Positions 1 through 7,907 of a stretch of DNA of 33,330 nt are shown here, in pieces. The DNA comes from a plasmid, in the sequence record NZ_CP054625.1. One strand, 5' to 3'. How positions within the stretch are numbered: position 1 is the first letter of the stretch; each line of letters starts with the position of its first letter. Position numbers and translations under genes: made by a program. The notes beneath the pieces are model-generated. The model saw nothing but the letters and a program-made list of their open reading frames with translations, did no database searches and had not been told where the DNA came from.

Positions 1-344
1 TGTCATCGATATAGGTGCGCATGCCATACGCCATGCCGACCGGCGGAATCGCGCCGAGCACGCAGTCCTTGAACACTTCGCGCACCTCGTCCTCGCTGGC
101 CATCGTCAGCCGGCGCCCGGTGCGCTCGCATAGTTCGGACAGATCGAGCAGGCGGGTCGACGGCATCACCGCCGCCACGTAGCCCGCCTCGTCCTCGAGC
201 AATACCGTCTTGACCAGGCGATCGCCCGGCACATGGGCGGCCTGCGCGGTGGCCATGCTGCCCAGCGCATAGGGGTGGCGGATGATATCGAAATGGCTGT
301 TCTTGGCTGCTCAGGCAAGTCGCCAGGGTGGTTGCCAGTGCCAT
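1..344 (-). CDS. YbaK/ProX-like aminoacyl-tRNA deacylase, N-terminal and central part. The CDS runs off the window start and has an apparent frameshift near 290-312.
   Basis: Manual minus-strand translation of 2-301 gives ...NSHFDIIRHPYALGSMATAQAAHVPGDRLVKTVLLEDEAGYVAAVMPSTRLLDLSELCERTGRRLTMASEDEVREVFKDCVLGAIPPVGMAYGMRTYIDD, which matches the YbaK fold pattern (compare E. coli YbaK ...YKTLLV...GYLVGGISPLGQ...). This frame is absent from the ORF track because it never reaches a stop inside the window. A plausible start MALATTLATCLSS sits at 344 but in a different frame. Confidence 0.6.
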
Positions 345-575
345 GATGGGTCCCCTCATCGAGATCAGGGATGGCGCGCACTGGCGTGAGGCGCGTGGCG
401 CGCCGTCCATCAGCCATCACTGGGGGCGCCGGTGCAACGCTGGCCTGCGGGTATCTACTATAGGACGCGGGGACATGACGCGCGGACGCGGCGGCGGAAC
501 GCGACGCGGCAAGACGGGCGGCGGCGATCGCGCCGTCCATCCAGAACAATTCAGCGGGACATCAGCGGGGGAAGG

Positions 576-878
576 TCACGGTGCCATGCACGGTGACGCC
601 CGGCGGCACATAGACCGGGCGGGTTCGACATAGACCGGCGCCGGGCCGTAGTAGCCGTAGCGCGGCCCTTGCACTTGCGCTCTTCCTTGTAGTCGCCGTT
701 GCCTTGAACTTGCGTTCGACCTTGCAGTTGCCGTCCAGTATTCTTCCTTGTAGTCGCCGCCATGGTGATGGCCGCGCCATTTGCCATGGCCGCTTTCGTC
801 CTTCCAGGGATCGGCCTGGGCGGCCAGCGGCAGCGCGAGCAAGGCGGCGAGACAGAGGGATGTTGCGGTTGCAGTCAT
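576..878 (-). CDS. Small secreted Gly/Tyr/His-rich repeat protein, hypothetical. The frame assignment after the first repeat is uncertain.
   Basis: An ATG at 878 opens a clear signal peptide MTATATSLCLAALLALPLAAQA, followed by DPWKDESGHGKWRGHHHGGDYKEEYW. A GDYKEE-encoding unit recurs 59 nt later, and all three minus-strand frames stay open across 576-880. Confidence 0.45.
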   Translation of the reverse strand: MTATATSLCLAALLALPLAAQADPWKDESGHGKWRGHHHGGDYKEEYWTATARSNASSRQRRLQGRAQVQGPRYGYYGPAPVYVEPARSMCRRASPCMAP

Positions 879-1043
879 GATGGTGTCCCGATCCGATACG
901 GGCCGACGGAGAGTTCTTCTTCTCGAAGAGCTTAGCGCCGGCGCGGAACGCCGGCGACCCATCAGGTGAAACGTCGGTAAGCAAATGTTTCGGCCGATCA
1001 CACCGGCCGGCGCACGCCGACAGGAAGTGGCGATGAAGAAGTG

Positions 1044-1129
1044 TGGTGCGAGGGAGGGGACTCGAACCCTACACCATTGCTGGCGTCAGGACCTAAACCT
1101 GGTGCGTCTACCAATTTCGCCACCCTCGC
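1044..1129 (-). tRNA. tRNA-Leu (anticodon UAG), type II with a long variable arm
   Basis: The reverse complement reads GCGAGGGTGGCGAAATTGGTAGACGCACCAGGTTTAGGTCCTGACGCCAGCAATGGTGTAGGGTTCGAGTCCCCTCCCTCGCACCA. It has a 7-bp acceptor stem, the GTGGCGAAATTGGTAGACGC D-arm typical of tRNA-Leu, the anticodon loop UUUAGGU, the T-loop TTCGAGT and an encoded CCA. It closely resembles E. coli leuW. A C:A mismatch at 27:43 and weak T-stem pairing were noted. Confidence 0.75.
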
Positions 1130-1456
1130 GGTCCAGGCGGTGCCGCCCTGACGGGAGGCACCGCGGTCTGCCGAACATCGGGCCGAAAAAACAAAAGAGG
1201 CGACTGGAACCGCTTGCCGCCCCTGCTTCTCCGACCGGCCTGCGGCGTTGCACCGCTGCCCGGCAAAGACCGCGGATTGTAGCGCATGGTTTCGCGCGAA
1301 TCCAGCCCCCGGGCGGCCCTTCGCCGACACGCCGACACGCCGACGCGCCGTCACGCCATCAAGCCATCACGCCGCTCCCCTGCTCCGGCCGCCGCACGCG
1401 GAACCAGGCCGCGTACAGCGCCGGCAGGAACAGCAGCGTCAGCACCGTGGCGACGA

Positions 1457-4400
1457 TCAGTCCGCCCATGATCGCCACCGCCATCGGCCCCAGAACACCG
1501 AGCGCGACAGCGGGATCATCGCCAGCACGGCGGCCGCCGCGGTCAGCATGATCGGCCGGAAGCGGCGTACCGCGGCCTCGACGATCGCGGTCCAGGCCGG
1601 CACGCCGGCGCGGATGTCCTGCTCGATCTGGTCGACCAGGATCACCGAGTTGCGGATGATCATGCCGACCAGCGCGGTAATGCCGAGCTGGGCGACGAAG
1701 CCCATCGGCGAGCGCAGCAGCAACAGCGTCGCCGCGGCGCCGATCAGCCCCAGCGGGCCGGTCAGGAACACCATCACGGCACGCGAGAAGCTATGCAGCT
1801 GCAGCATCAGCAGCGTGAAGATCAGGAACACGCACAGCGGCAGTTGCGCGGCAATCGACGCACCGGCCTTGCCGCTCTCCTCTTCGGCCCCGGCCACCGT
1901 GATCAGGTAGCCGGCCGGCAGCTCGGCGCGCAGCTTGTCGAGCTGCGGATCGATCTGCGCCGTCACGGTCGGCCCCTGGATGCCGTCGACCACGTCGGCC
2001 TGCACGGTCACGCCGAAGTCGCGATTCTCGCGCCAGACGATGCCCGGCTCGGAGCGGATGCCGATGCGCGCGACCTGCGTCAGCGGCACCGCGCGGCCGC
2101 TGCTCGTCGGCACCTGCACGTTGTGCAGATCGGCCAGCGCCTCGCGTTCGTCCTTGGCCGAGCGCATCACGATGTCGATCAGCTTGTCGCCGTCGCGATA
2201 CTGTCCGACCGGCGCGCCGGTCAGCACGGTCTGGGTGACGCGGGCGATCGCATTGGTGGTCACGCCGAGCGCACGGGCCTTTTCCTGGTCGATATCCAGG
2301 CGCAAGACCTTGACGTTCTCGTTCCAGTTGTCGTTGACGCCGACGGTGTTCGGGTTCGCGCTCATGATCGCCTTGACCTGGTCGGCGATCCGGCGTACTG
2401 TCGCGGCTTCCGGCCCGATCACGCGGAACTGCACCGGATAGGCCACGGGGGGCCCGTTCGGCAGCAGCTTCACGCGTCCGCGCAATTGCGGGAAGTCGCT
2501 CGCCAGCAGCGCGATGATGCGCTGGCGCAGCCGCTCGCGCACCTCGACGTCGACCGGCAGCACGATCAGCTGCACCACATTGCTCTGCGGAAAGATCTGG
2601 TCCAGTGGCAGGTAGAAGCGCGGCGCGCCGGTGCCGACGAACGTCGTGATGCTGCCGACATCGGCATCGCCGCGCAGCGCGGCCTCGAAGCGCCTGGCCT
2701 CGGCCTCGCTCTGCGCGAAGCTGGCGCCCTCGGGCAGCCACATCTCGACCATCAGTTCCGGCCGGCTGGAATCGGGGAAGAACTGCTTCTGGACGAACTG
2801 GAAGGCGAAGATGCCGAGCGCGAAGGTTCCCAGCGTGATCGCGATCACGGTCTTGCGCCAGTCCACGCACCAGTCCACCGCGCGCCGGAAGCGTGCATAG
2901 AACGGCGTGTCGAACACCTCGTGATGGCCGCCCTCGCTCGGCTTGACCTTCAGCAGCAGGTAGCCCAGGTACGGCGTGAAATAGACCGCTGCCAGCCACG
3001 ACAGCACCAGCGCGAGCGCCGTCACCGCGAAGATCGCGAACGTGTATTCGCCGACCGTCGAACGCGCGAGCCCGACCGGCAGGAAGCCGGCGGCGGTGAT
3101 CAAGGTGCCGGTCAGCATCGGCATCGCGGTCGACGTATAGGCGAAGGTCGCCGCCTCCATCTTGGAGAAGCCTTCCTCGAGCTTGCGCACCATCATCTCG
3201 ACCGCGATGATCGCATCGTCGACCAGCAGGCCCAGCGCGATGATCAGCGCGCCCAGCGACACCTTGTGCAGGCCGATGTCGAACACGTTCATGAACAGGA
3301 AGGTGACCGCCAGCACCAGCGGGATGGTCAGCGCCACCACCAGGCCGGGGCGCGCATCGAGCCGCAGCGGCTTCGTATGCAGGCCCAGCGAGATGAAGCT
3401 GACCGCCAGCACGATCACCACAGCCTCGATCAGCACGCGCACGAACTCGCCCACCGAACGCTTGACCGCCTCGGGCTGGTCCTGCACCTGCTCCATCTCG
3501 ATGCCGACCGGCAGCTGCTTGCGCAGCGCGTCGGCCTCGGCGCGCAGTGCCTCGCCCAGCGCGATGATGTCGCCGCCCTTCTCCATCGAGATGCCCAGGC
3601 CGATCACGTCCTTGCCGTTGAAGCGCATGCGCGGCGCGGGCGGATCGACATAGCCGCGATAGACGCGGGCGATATCGCCGAGCCGGATGTTGGCCGCGCC
3701 GTTGGGCCCGCGCAGCACCATGTTGCGCAGATCGCCGACATCGGCGAACTGGCCCGACACGCGCACCTGCACGTTGTCGCTGGGGGTCACCAGCACGCCG
3801 CTGGCGGTCAGGTTGTTCTGCTCGGCGATCTGGTCGGCGATCGCGTTCAGGTCCAGGCCGAGCTGCGCGAAGCGGGTCTGGTTGAACTCGATATAGATCT
3901 TCTCGTCCTGCAGGCCGATCAGCGACACCTTGGCCACCGACGGCACGCGCAGCAGCTGCTGCCGCACCAGGTCGGCGTACTCGCGCAGCTCCTTGTAGGT
4001 GAAGCCGTCGGCGGACAGCGCATAGATGGTGCCGTAGACATCGCCGAACTCGTCGTTGAAGAATGGCCCGCGCACGCCGGCGGGCAGCGTGCCGGCGATA
4101 TCGCCGATCTTCTTGCGCACCGTGTACCAGATCTGCGCCGTCTCCTTCGCCGGCGCGTCGTCGCGCAGCTGGAAGATCACGGTGGTCTCGCCCGGTTTCG
4201 AGAAGCTGCGGATCTTGTCCGCGTAGGGCACCTCCTGCAGCTGGCGTTCGAGCTTGTCGGTGACCTGCACCGCGATCTGCTCGGCGGTGGCACCGGGCCA
4301 GAAGGCCTGCACCACCATCACGCGGAAGGTGAACGGCGGGTCCTCGTCCTGGCCAAGCTGGAAGTACGACATCAGCCCGGCCAGCAGCAACACCACCAGC

Positions 4401-4465
4401 AGATAGCGGGTCAGCGCCTGGTGCTCGAGCGCCCAGCGCGACAGATTGAATCGGGAGTGCTCCAT
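1457..4465 (-). CDS. RND multidrug efflux permease (AcrB/HAE1 family) with a frameshifted C-terminus; an intact frame would end near 1374
   Basis: The 1002-aa ORF has RND hallmarks throughout (FNDEFGDVYG..., large periplasmic loops, 11 predicted TM segments). The ORF ends ...IPLSRSVFWGRWRWRSWAD*. The +1 frame immediately continues PMAVAIMGGLIVATVLTLLFLPALYAA, which is the conserved TM12 of AcrB-like pumps. Confidence 0.9.
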   Translation of the reverse strand: MEHSRFNLSRWALEHQALTRYLLVVLLLAGLMSYFQLGQDEDPPFTFRVMVVQAFWPGATAEQIAVQVTDKLERQLQEVPYADKIRSFSKPGETTVIFQLRDDAPAKETAQIWYTVRKKIGDIAGTLPAGVRGPFFNDEFGDVYGTIYALSADGFTYKELREYADLVRQQLLRVPSVAKVSLIGLQDEKIYIEFNQTRFAQLGLDLNAIADQIAEQNNLTASGVLVTPSDNVQVRVSGQFADVGDLRNMVLRGPNGAANIRLGDIARVYRGYVDPPAPRMRFNGKDVIGLGISMEKGGDIIALGEALRAEADALRKQLPVGIEMEQVQDQPEAVKRSVGEFVRVLIEAVVIVLAVSFISLGLHTKPLRLDARPGLVVALTIPLVLAVTFLFMNVFDIGLHKVSLGALIIALGLLVDDAIIAVEMMVRKLEEGFSKMEAATFAYTSTAMPMLTGTLITAAGFLPVGLARSTVGEYTFAIFAVTALALVLSWLAAVYFTPYLGYLLLKVKPSEGGHHEVFDTPFYARFRRAVDWCVDWRKTVIAITLGTFALGIFAFQFVQKQFFPDSSRPELMVEMWLPEGASFAQSEAEARRFEAALRGDADVGSITTFVGTGAPRFYLPLDQIFPQSNVVQLIVLPVDVEVRERLRQRIIALLASDFPQLRGRVKLLPNGPPVAYPVQFRVIGPEAATVRRIADQVKAIMSANPNTVGVNDNWNENVKVLRLDIDQEKARALGVTTNAIARVTQTVLTGAPVGQYRDGDKLIDIVMRSAKDEREALADLHNVQVPTSSGRAVPLTQVARIGIRSEPGIVWRENRDFGVTVQADVVDGIQGPTVTAQIDPQLDKLRAELPAGYLITVAGAEEESGKAGASIAAQLPLCVFLIFTLLMLQLHSFSRAVMVFLTGPLGLIGAAATLLLLRSPMGFVAQLGITALVGMIIRNSVILVDQIEQDIRAGVPAWTAIVEAAVRRFRPIMLTAAAAVLAMIPLSRSVFWGRWRWRSWAD

Positions 4466-4475
4466 CGCGGCGCCC

Positions 4476-5610
4476 TTAGCTGCGGGCGGCCGGCGCGCTG
4501 GCCGGCGGGTTTGCCGGCGTCGCGGCGGGGACAGGCGCCGAGGCGGGCGCGACGGCCTGCAACGGCCGCACCTTCTGGCCCGGCTTGAGCAGATGCACGC
4601 CGGCGGTGACGATGGTCTGGCCCGGACGCAGCCCGCTGCTGACCTCGACCTCGTTGCCGATCGGCTGGCCCAGCGTGACCGCGACGGGCTGTACCGTGCC
4701 GGCCGCGCTGTCGTAGACCCAGACCTGGTTGCTGCCCTGCTGCTGCAGCAACGCGGTCAACGGCACGCGCACCGCCGGCGAGGCGCCGGTCCGCACGAAG
4801 GTGACCATCGCGGTCATGCCGAACTTCAGGTCGGCGGGCGGATTGGGCACGGTGATGCGTGCCGCGTAGGTGCGCGTGACCGGATCCGCGGCCGCCGCGA
4901 TCTCGCGCACGCGGCCCGGCAGCCTGCGCTCCGGCTCGGCCCAGGTCCGCACGCTGACGTCGCGGATGTCGCGCAGCCAGTCGACCTGGTCCTCGGGCAG
5001 ACCGATCGCGACCTCCTTCTCGGCGGTCTGCGCGACCCGCACCACCGACTGTCCGGCGCTGACCACCTGCCCCACTTCTGCGTCGATTGCGGTAACCACG
5101 CCGTCGGCATCGGCGGCCAGCACCGTATATCCGGTCTGGTTGCTCTGCTCGCGCAGCGCGGCCTCGGCCTGGCGCAGCCGCGCGGCGGCGGCCTCGTAGC
5201 TGGCCTGGCGACGGTTCTGCTCCGCCGCGCTGATAAAGCCCTTGGCAAACAGGTCGTTGTAGCGCTTCAGATCGGCCGCCGCCAGGTCGCGGTCGGTGCG
5301 CGCCGCCTCGTACTGGGCGCGCGAGCCCTGCTCGGCCAGGTTCAGGTCGGTCGGATCGAGCCGGGCCAGCGGTTGGCCGCGCCGCACAGTCGCCCCGACG
5401 TCGACCAGCCGCGCAGCGATCTTGCCGCCGACGCGGAAGCCGAGCCGCGATTCGATGCGCGGCCGCACGTCGCCGGAGAACTCATAGGCAGACTGGCCTG
5501 TCGCCGACTGCAGCTGCAACAGACGCACCGGCCGGACGTCCGGCGCGCGCTCGGGCTCGCGCGAACAGCCGCCGAGCACCAGCAGGGCAAGCAAGCACGG
5601 CAACACCATG
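4476..5610 (-). CDS. RND efflux periplasmic adaptor (membrane fusion protein), lipoprotein
   Basis: The start MVLPCLLALLVLGGCS at 5610 carries an LGGC lipobox. It is followed by an HlyD/AcrA-like coiled-coil and beta-barrel region. Its stop lies 10 nt upstream of the RND permease start, consistent with co-operonic arrangement. Confidence 0.85.
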
Positions 5611-6015
5611 CCGACGGTCGACGGCAGGGGCTTCAAAGCGTTGACGGCCGCGACTTCCGGCCCAGGGCAAGGCACTGGCATGGATGGCGATGAGACGGGT
5701 GCAACGGCATGACGAGAGGCGACGTGCGCCGGCACGGCCGGACTGGCGGCAAGCCGCAAGGCTGCCGCGCGACACGACAAGGGCGCCGACCGAAGGACGG
5801 CGGGTCCGGCAGTAAATAACCGGCCGGTCAGCAATATATCGACCCCTTCGGGGTGCGTCAAACGCGACGCGACGAACCACCCCATTTGGGGGGTGGAACC
5901 GTCGATTTAGGCGCCAATTGGCGCGTGATGCGTGTCGACGGCCCCCCAATGGGTAGGGTGCCGGGCGTCCCGGCATGCCCTTGCATGCAGGCCGCGTGGT
6001 TACAATGCTGCCGCC

Positions 6016-6966
6016 ATGTCCAAGCCCGACGCGCCTTCCGCCGATACCCCGCAAACGCCGTCCCCGATGCCGGCGTCAATGCCGGACGCCCCCGCGGCCG
6101 CGGAAGGCGATGTCGTGGACCACTACGAGAACTTTCCGGTGGCCAGCGTGCTGCTGCCCCGCCCGCTGCGCCGGCCAGTGGCGGTGATCTACCGCTTCGC
6201 CCGCACCGCCGACGATCTGGCGGACGAGGGCGATGCGGCGCCCGCCGAGCGGCTGGCCGCGCTCGGCGCCCTGTCCGATGCGCTCGAACGCATCGGCGCC
6301 GGCACCGATCCCGGTACGCCGATGATGCGCGCGCTGGCCGAGGTCATCGCCGAATACCGGCTGCCGCTGCCGCTGTTCCACGATCTGCTCGATGCGTTCC
6401 GGCAGGACGTGACGGTGCACCGTCATGCCGACTGGGACAGCCTGCTCGACTATTCGCGCCGCTCCGCGAATCCGGTGGGCCGGCTGATGCTGCATCTGTA
6501 CGGCGCGGCCACGCCGGACCGCTTCGCGCGTGCCGATGCGATCTGCACCGGCCTGCAGCTGGTCAACTTCTGGCAGGACGTCGCGATCGACTTCGCGCGC
6601 GGCCGCATCTACCTGCCCGCCGACGCGATGGCGCGCCACGGCGTCGACGAAAACGCGCTGGCCGAGGGCCGCTGCGACGTGCGCTGGCTGGCGCTGATGG
6701 AGGAGCTGAAGATCCGCACGGAGGCGATGCTACAATCCGGCGCTTCGCTCGCGCTGGACCTGCCTCGCACGGTGGACTGGCGTATCGGCTGGGAGCTGCG
6801 GCTGGTGGTGCAAGGCGGCCTGCGCGTGCTGGAACGCATCGAGGCCGTCGGCTACGATGTCTTCCGGCGCCGTCCGACGCTCGGGCCCGCCGACTGGCTG
6901 CTGCTGGCATGGCGGGCGGCAGCGCGCTACCGCAGCGGCACCGCGCCGAGCAAGCCGGCTCATTGA
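6016..6966 (+). CDS. hpnC: Hydroxysqualene/squalene synthase HpnC (squalene/phytoene synthase family)
   Basis: The N-terminal HYENFPVAS motif and the DD..D and YCYxVAG-like motifs (FARTADDLADE; QLVNFWQDV) are present. It is the first gene of an hpnC-hpnD-hpnE run. Confidence 0.85.
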   Translation: MSKPDAPSADTPQTPSPMPASMPDAPAAAEGDVVDHYENFPVASVLLPRPLRRPVAVIYRFARTADDLADEGDAAPAERLAALGALSDALERIGAGTDPGTPMMRALAEVIAEYRLPLPLFHDLLDAFRQDVTVHRHADWDSLLDYSRRSANPVGRLMLHLYGAATPDRFARADAICTGLQLVNFWQDVAIDFARGRIYLPADAMARHGVDENALAEGRCDVRWLALMEELKIRTEAMLQSGASLALDLPRTVDWRIGWELRLVVQGGLRVLERIEAVGYDVFRRRPTLGPADWLLLAWRAAARYRSGTAPSKPAH

Positions 6967-7035
6967 GTTCGGGACCGAGCCGGGCTTGCATCCGGATCGA
7001 GTCCGGGATCGAGCCCCCAGATTGAGCCCCCCAGT

Positions 7036-7899
7036 GTGTCCCCTAGCGAGCGCGAGACCGCTTTGACGCCCGACCAGTACTGCCAAGACAAGGCCGCCCA
7101 GAGCGGCTCCAGCTTCTACTACAGCTTCCTGTTCCTGCCCCCGGAACGGCGGCGCGCCATCACCGCGCTCTATGCCTGGTGCCGCGAGGTCGACGACGTC
7201 GTCGACGAGACCCAGGACCTGACCGTCGCCCAGCAGCAGCTGGCCTGGTGGCACGGCGAGCTCAAGCGCCTGTTCGCCGGCGAACCGACCCATCCGACCA
7301 CGCTCGCGCTGCAGCCGCATCTGGCCTCCTGCGGCCTGACGCAGCCGATGCTCGCCGAGGTACTGGAGGGCATGGAGATGGACCTGATGCAGACGCGCTA
7401 TCTGGACGAGGCGGGCCTGGACCGTTATTGCCATTGCGTGGCCGGCGTGGTCGGCACGATGAGCGCGCGCATCTTCGGCTACCGCGATCCACGCACGCTC
7501 GAATTCGCCGAGAAACTGGGGCGCTCGCTGCAGCTGGTCAATATCATCCGCGACGTCGGCGAGGATGCGCGGCGCGGCCGGCTCTATCTGCCGGTCAATG
7601 TGCTGCAGCGCTTCGAAGTGCCGGCCGCCGACATCATGCAGGGCCGCCATTCGCCGCGCTTCGTCGCGCTGATGCAATATCACGCCGAACGCGCGCGCAC
7701 CTTCTACCGCGAGGCGCTGGCGCTGCTGCCCGATAGCGACCGCCGCGCCCAGCGCGCCGGCCTGCTGATGGGCGCGATCTATCACGCCCTGCTCGACGAG
7801 ATCGAGGCCAGCGGCTTCCAGGTATTGAACCAGCGCATCTCGCTGACCCCCATGCGCAAGCTGTGGATCGCATGGAAGACGTGGATACGCAACCGCTGA
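7036..7899 (+). CDS. hpnD: Presqualene diphosphate synthase HpnD
   Basis: The GTG start gives MSPSERETALTPDQYCQDKAAQSGSSFYYSFLFLP...YAWCREVDDVVDE...YCHCVAGVVG, the phytoene/squalene synthase fold, placed second in the hpn trio. Confidence 0.85.
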   Translation: MSPSERETALTPDQYCQDKAAQSGSSFYYSFLFLPPERRRAITALYAWCREVDDVVDETQDLTVAQQQLAWWHGELKRLFAGEPTHPTTLALQPHLASCGLTQPMLAEVLEGMEMDLMQTRYLDEAGLDRYCHCVAGVVGTMSARIFGYRDPRTLEFAEKLGRSLQLVNIIRDVGEDARRGRLYLPVNVLQRFEVPAADIMQGRHSPRFVALMQYHAERARTFYREALALLPDSDRRAQRAGLLMGAIYHALLDEIEASGFQVLNQRISLTPMRKLWIAWKTWIRNR

Positions 7900-7907
7900 A
7901 CACCGCG

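Noticed and set aside
1130-1460. Possible integrase or genomic-island insertion next to tRNA-Leu.
   Set aside because: There is no integrase or phage-like ORF and no direct repeat of the tRNA 3' end visible nearby. The region holds only the out-of-frame true C-terminus of the RND permease, short 8-bp tandem motifs (ggcgtgtc) and a T-run (1186-1199, minus strand) likely acting as the operon terminator.
1793-4588. A 931-aa plus-strand ORF antisense to the RND permease. Similar very long antisense ORFs lie at 17272-21033 (antisense to mfd), 25508-29527 (antisense to the iron-uptake genes), 22245-24254 and 9329-11215.
   Set aside because: Their translations are Arg/Ala/Gly/His-rich low-complexity strings, typical of stop-codon-poor alternative frames in high-GC DNA. 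The opposite strand carries unmistakable conserved proteins (AcrB, Mfd, TonB receptor, M20 enzymes).
5960-6012. Possible sigma70 promoter TTGCAT-N14-TACAAT immediately upstream of hpnC.
   Set aside because: The spacer is too short (14 nt) and the -10 lies only about 10 nt before the start codon, leaving no room for an RBS. It was not called.
5853-7025. A 390-aa plus-strand ORF overlapping hpnC in a different frame.
   Set aside because: It has an Arg/Gly/Ala low-complexity translation, while the hpnC frame (6016-6966) carries the conserved squalene-synthase motifs.
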